Source: Oscillospiraceae bacterium (GTDB lineage: Bacteria > Bacillota > Clostridia > Oscillospirales > Butyricicoccaceae). From it: a DNA stretch of 64,000 nucleotides. The stretch spans positions 464 to 64,463 of the forward strand of contig JAZOWC010000068.1 of the NCBI GenBank assembly GCA_045658985.1. The letters are read 5' to 3'. Made by a program: the position numbers and the translations under genes. Shown in pieces: positions 16,017-24,632 of this stretch (its first letter is position 1; each line of letters opens with the position of its first letter). Under the pieces are notes generated by a model. It did not search any database. It saw nothing but the letters and a program-made list of their open reading frames with translations, and was not told where the DNA came from.

Positions 16017-17243
16017 ATGGATCTTTATGCGCTGATGAGTGCCGCCGAAAAAAAGGCGGCGGCACAGTTTGAACACATTGACCGTGTAGCATTCAAAAAC
16101 ACCGAAAAGGTGCTGGACGCGTTCTCGGAGTACCGTGTGTCCGACTCTATGTTCGCCGGCACTACCGGTTACGGCTACGATGATATAGGCCGCGACACTC
16201 TGGAAAAAATCTACGCCAAGGTATTCGGCGCAGAGGCCGCGCTGGTGCGTCTCAATATAGTCAACGGCTCTCACGCCATTGCCTGCGCCATGCTGTCCTG
16301 CCTCAGCTGCGGCGATACCCTGCTGAGCGTGACCGGTGCGCCCTACGACACTCTGCAGACCCTCATCGGTCTGCGGGGCAAGATCGGCGGTACATTCCCC
16401 GAGTATGGCATCGGCTACAAACAGGTAGACCTCAAAAACGGCGAGCCCGATATGCCCGCCATCAAAGAGAGTGCCAAGGATGCCTCCGCCGTATTCATTC
16501 AGCGTTCCCGTGGCTACGGCATACGCCGCACCCTCTCCTGCGCCGAGATCGGCGAGATAGTGCAGGTGGTGCGCTCGGTCAACCCCACAGCGCCTATCAT
16601 CGTCGACAACTGCTACGGCGAGTTCTGTGAGGAGCAGGAGCCATTGAGCTTCGGCGCAGACCTGATCTGCGGCTCACTGATCAAGAACCCCGGCGGCGGA
16701 CTTGCCCCTTCGGGCGGCTACATAGCAGGCAGAGCCGATCTGGTGGAGAGAGCGGCTTTCCGTCTGACTCTGCCCGGAATCGGCGGCGAGTGCGGCGCGA
16801 CATTTGGGCAGAACAGGCTGCTCTTTCAGGGATTTTTCCTCGCACCTCACACCACCGCTCAGGCACTGAAGACGGCCGTATTCTGCGCCGCCGCTATGGA
16901 GGAGCTGGGTTATGACGTGTCCCCCGCATCCGATGAGATGCGCCACGACATCATTCAGACCATCAATTTCGGCGCTCCCGAGCCTCTGCTGGCATTCTGC
17001 CGCGGCGTGCAGGAGGGTGCGCCCGTAGACAGCTTTGCCACACCCGAGCCCTGGCCCATGCCCGGATACGATTGCCCGGTGGTTATGGCGGCAGGCGCGT
17101 TTATTCAGGGCTCGTCCATCGAACTGTCCTGCGATGCGCCCATGCGCGAGCCTTTTACCGCATATATGCAGGGCGGCCTGACCTACGAGTCAGGCAAGCT
17201 GGGCATACTCAAGGCGGTCAAGCGCCTGCTGGAGCTGAAATAA
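16017..17243 (+). CDS. YnbB-like PLP-dependent enzyme (Met_gamma_lyase / aluminium-resistance family)
   Basis: The N-terminal region FEHIDRVAFKNTEKVLDAFSEYRVSDSMFAGTTGYGYDDIGRDTLEKIYAKVFGAEAALVR is characteristic of this family. 408 aa. Confidence 0.75.
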   Translation: MDLYALMSAAEKKAAAQFEHIDRVAFKNTEKVLDAFSEYRVSDSMFAGTTGYGYDDIGRDTLEKIYAKVFGAEAALVRLNIVNGSHAIACAMLSCLSCGDTLLSVTGAPYDTLQTLIGLRGKIGGTFPEYGIGYKQVDLKNGEPDMPAIKESAKDASAVFIQRSRGYGIRRTLSCAEIGEIVQVVRSVNPTAPIIVDNCYGEFCEEQEPLSFGADLICGSLIKNPGGGLAPSGGYIAGRADLVERAAFRLTLPGIGGECGATFGQNRLLFQGFFLAPHTTAQALKTAVFCAAAMEELGYDVSPASDEMRHDIIQTINFGAPEPLLAFCRGVQEGAPVDSFATPEPWPMPGYDCPVVMAAGAFIQGSSIELSCDAPMREPFTAYMQGGLTYESGKLGILKAVKRLLELK

Positions 17244-17734
17244 TGGTTATACTCGGTATCGACCCCGGCTATGCCATAGTCGGTTACGGCGCCGTGGAAT
17301 CGGTGCGCGGCAATCACCGTATGCTCACCTACGGGGCAATAACCACCCCCGCTCACAAGCCGATGGAGCGCAGACTTCACGAGATATTCAACGATATGCG
17401 TACCCTGCTGGATACCATCAAACCTGATGCGGTGGCTATAGAGGAGCTGTTTTTTAACACCAATATCACCACCGGCATTCAGGTGGCGCAGGCAAGAGGG
17501 GTCATTCTGCTCGCCTGTGCCGAGCGCGGCGTATCCATCTACGAATACACACCTCTGCAGGTCAAGCAGGCGGTGGTGGGCTACGGCAGAGCCGAAAAGC
17601 ATCAGGTCATGGATATGACACGGATGATGCTCAAGCTCGAAAAGATCCCAAAACCCGACGATGCCGCCGACGCGCTGGCTATTGCACTGTGCCACGCTCA
17701 GGCCGCCGGAAGTCTGCTCCACGGACTCAAATAA
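17243..17734 (+). CDS. ruvC: Holliday junction resolvase RuvC
   Basis: MVILGIDPGYAIVGYG..., AIEELFF, DAADALAIALCH. TAATG overlap with the upstream stop. Confidence 0.92.
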   Translation: MVILGIDPGYAIVGYGAVESVRGNHRMLTYGAITTPAHKPMERRLHEIFNDMRTLLDTIKPDAVAIEELFFNTNITTGIQVAQARGVILLACAERGVSIYEYTPLQVKQAVVGYGRAEKHQVMDMTRMMLKLEKIPKPDDAADALAIALCHAQAAGSLLHGLK

Positions 17735-17747
17735 ACATACAAAAATA

Positions 17748-17775
17748 CACCCTGCAGACTGCCGTCTGCAGGGTG
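17748..17775. terminator. Bidirectional hairpin terminator between ruvC and the methyltransferase gene
   Basis: CACCCTGCAGAC-TGCC-GTCTGCAGGGTG. T-run on the minus-strand side. Confidence 0.6.
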
Positions 17776-17792
17776 TTATGCGTTAACGGGGA

Positions 17793-18896
17793 TTATTTAA
17801 AGTACATATAGAGATTGCACTTGATCATGCCGTTGTAGAGCTTGCGGCGCTTGTCGGCAGGTATGCCGAATATGCCCTCAAAGTCCTCGTCTGCAGAGAT
17901 GATGTATTTTTTGAGGGGACTGTTTTTCAGCGCCTCACCGAATTTATTGCACAGCATTCTTGCCTGCTTGAGGTCAAGCATACGCACGCCGTAGGGAGGG
18001 TCACACATAAGCACGCCGTTTTTGCTGCTCCAGTCGGTGGTCAGAGCGTTGGCTTTGTGCACGGTGATATAGTCCAGCACGCCTGCTCTGCGGGCATTCT
18101 CCTGCGTCAGTTCCACGGCTGCGGCATCGTTGTCGCTTGCAAATATAGGCAGCTTCTCCGATCTGGCTTTTGCCGCCGCGGCGTCTTTTTCAAAGGCGAA
18201 TGCAGCTGCCCAGCCGTCGCTCCACGAGCTTGCGTCAAACTCGCGCTTAAGGCCGGGAGCGATACCCAGCGCCGCCTGCGCTGCCTCTATGGCTATAGTT
18301 CCGCTGCCGCACATGGGATCATAAAAATCCTCCCTGCCGCGATAACGGGCGATCTTGACCATACTTGCCGCCAGCGTCTCACGAAGGCTTGCCTCGCTCT
18401 GCTCCAGCTTGTAGCCGCGCTTGTAGAGGGGTGCGCCCGAGGTGTCCAGATAGAGGGTGGCCATATCCTTCATGATAGCAAACTGTATCTGGTGCTTGCT
18501 GCCTGTTTCGGGCAGCTCGGTGCAGCCGTATTTTTCGCGCAGGCGCTCGACAACAGCTTTTTTGACTATACTCTGGCAGGCGGGCACACTCTTGAGCTGG
18601 GAGTTGAGGCTGTAGCCTTTGACGGGAAAGGCATCCCGAGAGCCGATGAAGTTCTCCCAGGGCAGAGCCTTGACATTCTCAAACAGAGCCTCAAAGGAGT
18701 GTGCCGAAAACCAGCCAAGTCTGATAAGCACACGCTCGCCGCAGCGCAGGGTGATATTGGCTCTGGCACAGTCGGACATATCGCCCTCAAAGCTGACACT
18801 GCCGTTTTCGGCATTGACACCCTCAAAGCCGCCGTAGCGCAGTTCGTCGGCCACCAGACCCTCGGTGCCCATAATGCAGGGTACTGTAAAAACCAT
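17793..18896 (-). CDS. THUMP-domain class I SAM-dependent RNA methyltransferase (RlmL/YpsC-like)
   Basis: N-terminal THUMP-like region, GSGT SAM motif (DPMCGSGTIAIEAA) and catalytic DPPYG. Confidence 0.8.
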   Translation of the reverse strand: MVFTVPCIMGTEGLVADELRYGGFEGVNAENGSVSFEGDMSDCARANITLRCGERVLIRLGWFSAHSFEALFENVKALPWENFIGSRDAFPVKGYSLNSQLKSVPACQSIVKKAVVERLREKYGCTELPETGSKHQIQFAIMKDMATLYLDTSGAPLYKRGYKLEQSEASLRETLAASMVKIARYRGREDFYDPMCGSGTIAIEAAQAALGIAPGLKREFDASSWSDGWAAAFAFEKDAAAAKARSEKLPIFASDNDAAAVELTQENARRAGVLDYITVHKANALTTDWSSKNGVLMCDPPYGVRMLDLKQARMLCNKFGEALKNSPLKKYIISADEDFEGIFGIPADKRRKLYNGMIKCNLYMYFK

Positions 18897-18964
18897 ATCT
18901 GTATCTCCGTTTATCCAAAGAATCAGGGCGGCTGTATAGCCGCCCTATAATAATATATTATATC

Positions 18965-19492
18965 TCAGTTTTTTGCAACAAGTAATCCGTAGCCGCCGTC
19001 GTTTCTGGCATAGACTACGCAGGGGGCTCCGCCCTTTTCGCTGTTGATAAAGAAGAAGAAGCTGTGACCCAAAAGATTCATCTGCAGAATAGCGTCCTCA
19101 ATAGTCATGGGCTTTACATCAAGGGTCTTTTCGCGGATGACCTCAAAAGACTCGTCGCTGTAGTCGGTCATTGCGCCCATTGCTTTGACAAATGACTCAT
19201 GACGGAGTCTCTTGGCCAGCTTGGTCTTGTTCTTCTGGATCTGCTTGTCGATGGATGCTATCGCGCCGTCGATGGATGCGTACATATTGCCTGTGCGCTC
19301 CTGGGCGCGGAAATAAAGTCCCTGAGTCTGCATTGTGATCTCCGCAGTAAACATACCTCTCTCAAAAGAGAAAGTTATCTGTACGGATACTTCTTTGTCG
19401 AAGTACGGAGTGAGCTTGGCGCATTTCTTCTCCGCGTATTCGCGGACCATGCCTGAGCTGTCCATCTTGCGGTCTGTAAAAGTGATATTCAT
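18965..19492 (-). CDS. hpf: Ribosome hibernation-promoting factor, long form
   Basis: MNITFTDRKMD...IDKQIQKNKTKL plus the C-terminal dimerisation domain KPMTIEDAILQMNLLGHSFFFFIN. Start taken at the ATG at 19492. Confidence 0.9.
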   Translation of the reverse strand: MNITFTDRKMDSSGMVREYAEKKCAKLTPYFDKEVSVQITFSFERGMFTAEITMQTQGLYFRAQERTGNMYASIDGAIASIDKQIQKNKTKLAKRLRHESFVKAMGAMTDYSDESFEVIREKTLDVKPMTIEDAILQMNLLGHSFFFFINSEKGGAPCVVYARNDGGYGLLVAKN

Positions 19493-19718
19493 ACGGTGCA
19501 CTCCTTTCGGGACTGTATATTGTGGTTTCTGTATCTATAATATACCACAGGTTGCACAAAAAATAAAGAAAAAAATTAAAAAGTTTACGCAATATTCAAC
19601 AATTTTCGCGCTTGCGTCCTGTTATACTCAATGGCGAAAGGATCCTCCTTTCAGGCAGAGCGCGGGTAAAACCGATGCTTTGCACCGTTCATATCTTTAT
19701 CCCCACAACCCAAGCTCA

Positions 19719-19761
19719 GGCATCTGCCGAAATCCAAAAACGGCAGATGCCACTTTTTTTG
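19719..19761 (+). terminator. Intrinsic terminator with no upstream plus-strand CDS (leader or sRNA end)
   Basis: GGCATCTGCCG-loop-CGGCAGATGCC followed by ACTTTTTTTGTG, 55 nt before the flavoprotein ATG. Confidence 0.6.
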
Positions 19762-19814
19762 TGCAGAAAAGTGTGGTATAATAGGCTCATAATAACTATT
19801 GGAGGGGCAAAGAT

Positions 19815-20432
19815 ATGAAGGTTCTGATTATAAACGGCAGTCCCCGCACAGACGGCAACACTGCCTGCGCAATAGGCGAGCTTGAAAAGACATTCGCCAA
19901 AAACGGCATCGAGACCGTGACCGTAGGCATAGGCACGCAACCTGTCTCGGGATGTATCGCCTGCATGAAGTGCAAGACCACGGGCAAATGCGTATTTGTT
20001 GACGTAGTCAACCAAATCGCCGAGATATTCGAGGGTTGTGACGGACTTGTGGTGGCATCCCCCGTCTACTACGCATCGGCCAACGGCACTCTCATCTCTC
20101 TGCTGGACAGACTGTTCTACAGCTCCGGCTTTGACAAGACAATGAAGGTCGGTGCAAGCGTAGCCATCGCCCGCCGCGGAGGATGTTCGGCAACATTCGA
20201 TCAGCTGAACAAGTATTTTACCATCTCGGGTATGCCCGTAGCATCCAGCCAGTACTGGAACAGTGTACACGGCAGAGCTCCCGGTGAGGCCAATGAGGAC
20301 GGCGAGGGTATGCAGACCATGCGGACGCTGGCCGACAATATGTCATTCCTCATCAAGAGCATCGCATTGGGAAAAGAAAAATTCGGTCTGCCCGAAAAAG
20401 AAAAGCGTATCTCCACACATTTTGTGAGATAA
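19815..20432 (+). CDS. Iron-sulfur flavoprotein / NADPH-dependent FMN reductase family
   Basis: MKVLIINGSPRTDGNT (FMN_red signature) and the Cys cluster SGCIACMKCKTTGKC. Confidence 0.75.
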   Translation: MKVLIINGSPRTDGNTACAIGELEKTFAKNGIETVTVGIGTQPVSGCIACMKCKTTGKCVFVDVVNQIAEIFEGCDGLVVASPVYYASANGTLISLLDRLFYSSGFDKTMKVGASVAIARRGGCSATFDQLNKYFTISGMPVASSQYWNSVHGRAPGEANEDGEGMQTMRTLADNMSFLIKSIALGKEKFGLPEKEKRISTHFVR

Positions 20433-20489
20433 CGCCGCACTCTTGCGCAGGACATGACAGCACGTCCTGCCCTGCTCTACATGCAAAAG

Positions 20490-20524
20490 AATCCCTGTCG
20501 GCATCAAAGCCGACAGGGATTTTA
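20490..20524. terminator. Bidirectional terminator
   Basis: AATCCCTGTCGGC-loop-GCCGACAGGGATTTT. Confidence 0.6.
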
Positions 20525-20525
20525 A

Positions 20526-22010
20526 TTAACCGTGGAAGAGTTTTTTGGTCTGGTATCTGGGCTCGCTGGTCAGGTTGATGCCCAGCTTGCGGTATATATC
20601 GGCGTCCACCTGAGTGAGGATGACCGTACTGTGTGCCTCGCAGCCGCGCAGCTGGGTCAGCGCGTCACAGCCGCGGCGGGCCTGCTCGCTGAGGGATGCA
20701 CTGACGGCCAGAGCAAGCAGCACCTCGTCCGAATGCAGGCGGGGGTTATGATTGCCCAGCACGTCGGTCTTGAGCTTCTGGATAGGCTCTATAACGCTGG
20801 GCGCTATCAGGTGCACCTCTTTGGGTGTGCCGGAGATGGTCTTGACCGCATTGAGCAGAGCGGCGGCGGAGGGGCCCAGCAGGTCGCTGGTTTTGCCGGT
20901 GATTATTCTGCCGTCGGGAAGCTCTATTGCTACGGCAGGCTTGCCGGTTTCTTCCTCCCGCCTGATTGCTGCCTGAGCAACTTTTCGGTCGGAGACCGAG
21001 ATACCGGCCTGCTTCATAATAAGTTCAATTTTCTGTACCGTTTCGCCGTCGGATTTGCCCATACGCACATCGCACTTGGCGCTGTAATAACGTCTGACGA
21101 TTTCCATACGGGATGCATCTCTGCAGGCTTCGTCATCCGAAATTGCAAAGCCGACCATATTAACGCCCATATCGGTGGGAGACTTGTAGAGGCAAGAGCC
21201 CGAAATACGCTCGAATATGGCGCTGAGCACGGGAAAAACCTCTACGTCGCGGTTGTAGTTGACGGTAGTCTGGCCATAAGCCTCAAGATGATAGGGATCT
21301 ATCATATTGACGTCGTTGAGGTCGGCTGTTGCGGCCTCATAGGCGAGATTGACGGGGTGCTTGAGAGGGAGATTCCACACGGGGAAGGTCTCAAACTTGG
21401 CGTAACCTGCTTTGACACCTCTGAGATCCTCGTGATACAGCTGGCTGAGGCAGGTTGCCATCTTGCCGCTGCCGGGGCCGGGAGCGGTGACCACTACCAG
21501 AGGACGGGTGGTCTCGATATACTCATTCTTGCCAAAGCCGTCCTGACTGACGATCTTCTGGATATTATAGGGATAACCCTCGATGGGGTAATGTACGTAG
21601 ACTTTGATGCCCAGACGCTCAAGCTTCTGCTTGAATGCCATAGCCGAGGACTGACCGCAGTACTGGGAGATGACCACACTGCCAACATACAGTCCGATGC
21701 CGCGGAATGCGTCAATAAGACGAAGCACGTCGGCGTCGTAGGTGATGCCGAGGTCGCCGCGGGTCTTGTTCTTTTCGATATCGCCCGAATTGATGACGAT
21801 GACGATCTCGGCTTGGTCAGCCATGTTCTTGAGCATCTGCACCTTGGTATCGGGTTTGAATCCGGGAAGGACGCGTGAGGCATGATAATCGTCAAAAAGT
21901 TTGCCGCCAAACTCCAGATACAGCTTGCCGCCAAACCTGCCGATAGCTTTGTTGATGCTTTCGGTCTGCTTCTCTATATACAGTTGGTTGTTAAAGCCAA
22001 TTTTCGCCAT
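20526..22010 (-). CDS. DUF1846 (UPF0371) family protein
   Basis: N-terminus MAKIGFNNQLYIEKQTESI...GGKLYLEFGGKLFDDYHASRVLPGF is the hallmark of UPF0371. 494 aa. Confidence 0.85.
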   Translation of the reverse strand: MAKIGFNNQLYIEKQTESINKAIGRFGGKLYLEFGGKLFDDYHASRVLPGFKPDTKVQMLKNMADQAEIVIVINSGDIEKNKTRGDLGITYDADVLRLIDAFRGIGLYVGSVVISQYCGQSSAMAFKQKLERLGIKVYVHYPIEGYPYNIQKIVSQDGFGKNEYIETTRPLVVVTAPGPGSGKMATCLSQLYHEDLRGVKAGYAKFETFPVWNLPLKHPVNLAYEAATADLNDVNMIDPYHLEAYGQTTVNYNRDVEVFPVLSAIFERISGSCLYKSPTDMGVNMVGFAISDDEACRDASRMEIVRRYYSAKCDVRMGKSDGETVQKIELIMKQAGISVSDRKVAQAAIRREEETGKPAVAIELPDGRIITGKTSDLLGPSAAALLNAVKTISGTPKEVHLIAPSVIEPIQKLKTDVLGNHNPRLHSDEVLLALAVSASLSEQARRGCDALTQLRGCEAHSTVILTQVDADIYRKLGINLTSEPRYQTKKLFHG

Positions 22011-22069
22011 ACTATCCCCTCCGTTTACATACTGTTAATATTAACACATCCCTCGCGCTTTTTCAAGCA

Positions 22070-22098
22070 AAAACCGCACCCTGAGGTGCGGTTTTGAT
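22070..22098 (-). terminator. Terminator ending the secreted-protein gene series
   Basis: AAAACCGCACC-CTGAG-GTGCGGTTTT. T-run on the minus strand. Confidence 0.6.
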
Positions 22099-22117
22099 AT
22101 ACGGGAAAATTAAATTT

Positions 22118-24508
22118 TCAAAATACCAGCGACGGGCGCAGCACGCAGAAGGCGTTCTTGCCCAGAATGGAGTTCATAAGGCTTACGGCTTTTTCGGCGT
22201 TCATTATTTTTGCGCCTCCCGACGTCATATAGAGCAGTTCGCAGCCGTCAAGCACCAGATACACGCTGCAGGAGCTTCCGTCCGAGCTGCTTGAGACAAG
22301 CAGGATATCTCCGGTGAGGAGCATGGACGGCTTGAGCATCTGTATACGGTCTTTTTGATAGGACGAATTATCCACGTACCATCCGCCGTAGAGCGAGGGC
22401 ACCACGAGAGGATCGGCGCGGAGATTGAGGTACTCCCCTACTCTCGATGCCGAGAACAGACGGTCAAACAGAGCCTTCTCGTTGGTCAGGCGGATATTGT
22501 CACCCACTACCGAAGTGTATACGCTGTTGATTATCTGACCCATTGTGGCTCGGGAGCCTGTTTGCGCCCGTGCGGCTTTGTCCAAAGCCGCCATCTGCGA
22601 GGTTGTAAGGGTATTGGCAACGTAAATATCGGCGCAGTACAGCTCGATGCCGTTGACGGCAGTATATCCGCTGCCGATGCTGCTGCCCAGACCAACGTCA
22701 CCGTTGACCGTGACCGTGTAGCTGACCTCATATCTCTCGCCGGGTTCAAGCGCGGTGCTCCAGCTGAGAGTTCTGCCGCTGACCCGATCGCCGCCGCTGA
22801 CGAGAGTGGTATTGTCGGGCAGGGTCGCGGTAACAGAGATAAATCTGCTCTTGGCGGACGTGTTCTCCACGCTGACAGTATAGGACACCCTGTCACCGGG
22901 GTTGGCGCTCTTGCCCTGAGGATGGCTGGTCAGCTTCTGCGCGATGATACCCGTCATACCCGACATACGGTCGAGGGTCTTTTGGGGAATAGGAACGTGG
23001 ATGACATTGAGGGGGCGGAGGATGGCGAATCGGCCGGTTTTGGGCAGGTAGCGGCTTGAGGAGGGATTGAAGTAGGTCTCGCTCAGCTCATCATAGCGGA
23101 TGCTGCCGTTTTTTTCAAAAACCTCGCCCGAGCCGTAATTATAATTGCTGCCCGTACTGTGGACGTATCTGCCGTTGCCCACGTACATAATAATATGTCC
23201 GTTGCTCTCGTCTGCCAGACGGGTAACTATCATATCTCCGGGCAGGAGCAGGGATTTGACCCGATCGATGAGGGATTGTTTCTCCCCCTCGGTCTCGCTG
23301 CCCGTATTGTCATAATAGAACACGGTCATATCCTTGCGCTCAATAAAGTCTGCAGTATACCACGACACGATATCATAGTCAAAGGTCTCGCGGATCAGGG
23401 TGTTGATAAAGCAGGCGCAATTGGTATATACGGTGTTCTGATCGGTGGCAAGTTCGGGTGACTGCAGGCCGTGGCGGTGGCGGTACACAGCGGACATATT
23501 GCTGTGGCGCTTGACAAGACGGGTGTCGTCGTACTGTATTCGGCTGCCGCGGTTAACGTAGGCATCGGCGGTGGCAATAAGAGCGCGGGCGCCCTCCGAG
23601 TAATACTCGTCACCGCTCCAGAGGCTATCCGTGTCATCGGGCACGATGGGATCGGCAGGTGTGACGGGTATATGGGGAGGATCATCGGGTTGCCCGGGGG
23701 CAGGATCGGGGACAGCGGGCGTGGGATCGGGGACAGCGGGGGTGTCTGCAGGAGGCTGCACGGTGCCCGAACCGACTATAATGATCTCCACCGCCGCAGA
23801 TACCGTATATGCCGAGCCGCCCGTAGACTTGTCAACGCCCGTGATGCGGCAATATACAAAATAGTGGTCTCCCATCTCGTGATCGAGGGGCAGGTTCAGC
23901 GCGGATGTATCTGTCTGCTCCAGAAAGCTGCCGCCGACAGAGTCGGAGTTTGAATCTATATACCAGTCATAGGTGTATAGCGTACCCGACTGCTCCTTGA
24001 CGGCAAGCTTGAGTACGCCGCCGTTTGATGCGGAGGCGGTAAGTTTTTTGGGTATCTCGTCGATCTCAGGCGGGGTGAGAGTGATCTCCTGCCAGAGAGC
24101 AGTGATAGTCAGGTCGGATACAACGGGAGAGTCAAAGCCGTACTCCTCCCCTGCTGACGTCCATCCGCAGAAAGCATAGCCTTGGCGCACCGGATCGGAG
24201 GGTCTCTGAACCCTATCCCCCTCGGTCACCGACCGAATGAAGGCAGCATCACCGTTCTGCAGATCAAAGGTCACGGTAAACACCGACGGGACAGAAGGCT
24301 CGGGATCATCTGCTGTGGGAGGTACAGGTGTGGGATCGTCGGGCAGAGGCGGTGTGACGGGCGCGTCGGGTGTATCGGGAAGATCGGCCGAGGTCTTGTC
24401 CCCGTCTGCCGCGGGTGCCTGATGGGTATCATCGCTCGAGCAGGCGTACATAAACACAAGCAGCATACAGAGGATGATGGATATATATTTTTTGAATACT
24501 GTGCTCAT
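22118..24508 (-). CDS. 796-aa secreted lipoprotein: Pro-rich linker, Listeria-Bacteroides (InlB B-type) repeat, Ig-like module, papain-fold (NlpC/P60-like) domain, DUF11-like repeat
   Basis: Signal peptide plus lipobox (VFMYACSS). GYAFCGWTSAGEEYGFDSPVVSDLTITALW repeat. YTNCACF ... GDMIVTRLADESNGHIIMYVGNGRYVHS suggests a Cys/His hydrolase. GDRVSYTVSVENTS resembles a DUF11 repeat. Confidence 0.7.
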   Translation of the reverse strand: MSTVFKKYISIILCMLLVFMYACSSDDTHQAPAADGDKTSADLPDTPDAPVTPPLPDDPTPVPPTADDPEPSVPSVFTVTFDLQNGDAAFIRSVTEGDRVQRPSDPVRQGYAFCGWTSAGEEYGFDSPVVSDLTITALWQEITLTPPEIDEIPKKLTASASNGGVLKLAVKEQSGTLYTYDWYIDSNSDSVGGSFLEQTDTSALNLPLDHEMGDHYFVYCRITGVDKSTGGSAYTVSAAVEIIIVGSGTVQPPADTPAVPDPTPAVPDPAPGQPDDPPHIPVTPADPIVPDDTDSLWSGDEYYSEGARALIATADAYVNRGSRIQYDDTRLVKRHSNMSAVYRHRHGLQSPELATDQNTVYTNCACFINTLIRETFDYDIVSWYTADFIERKDMTVFYYDNTGSETEGEKQSLIDRVKSLLLPGDMIVTRLADESNGHIIMYVGNGRYVHSTGSNYNYGSGEVFEKNGSIRYDELSETYFNPSSSRYLPKTGRFAILRPLNVIHVPIPQKTLDRMSGMTGIIAQKLTSHPQGKSANPGDRVSYTVSVENTSAKSRFISVTATLPDNTTLVSGGDRVSGRTLSWSTALEPGERYEVSYTVTVNGDVGLGSSIGSGYTAVNGIELYCADIYVANTLTTSQMAALDKAARAQTGSRATMGQIINSVYTSVVGDNIRLTNEKALFDRLFSASRVGEYLNLRADPLVVPSLYGGWYVDNSSYQKDRIQMLKPSMLLTGDILLVSSSSDGSSCSVYLVLDGCELLYMTSGGAKIMNAEKAVSLMNSILGKNAFCVLRPSLVF

Positions 24509-24542
24509 CTGATCACTCCAAAACCGGGATTTAGATGAATAT

Positions 24543-24571
24543 ATTCTACCATAGTTAAGAGTGTATTACAA
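24543..24571 (-). promoter_or_regulatory. Candidate promoter of the 796-aa lipoprotein gene
   Basis: Minus strand reads TTGTAA, 17 nt, TAGAAT, about 35 nt upstream of the start. Confidence 0.5.
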
Positions 24572-24585
24572 TAAATTAATATGTA

Positions 24586-24618
24586 AAAAGTCCTGCATGT
24601 CAGACATGCAGGACTTTT
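24586..24618 (-). terminator. Terminator after the 2405-aa gene
   Basis: AAAAGTCCTGCATG-TCAGA-CATGCAGGACTTTT. Confidence 0.7.
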
Positions 24619-24632
24619 ATTAAAGCTTGATA

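Noticed and set aside
10486-16274. Long minus-strand ORFs opposite murD and the M42 genes (10486-11748, 11815-12615, 12795-13658, 13942-14898, 14943-16274)
   Set aside because: These are antisense shadows of well-supported plus-strand genes.
19493-19814. Confident call of a raiA-motif RNA upstream of hpf
   Set aside because: I cannot reproduce the consensus from memory, and the only strong terminator is on the strand opposite to hpf. It is reported only as a hypothesis to test with Rfam.
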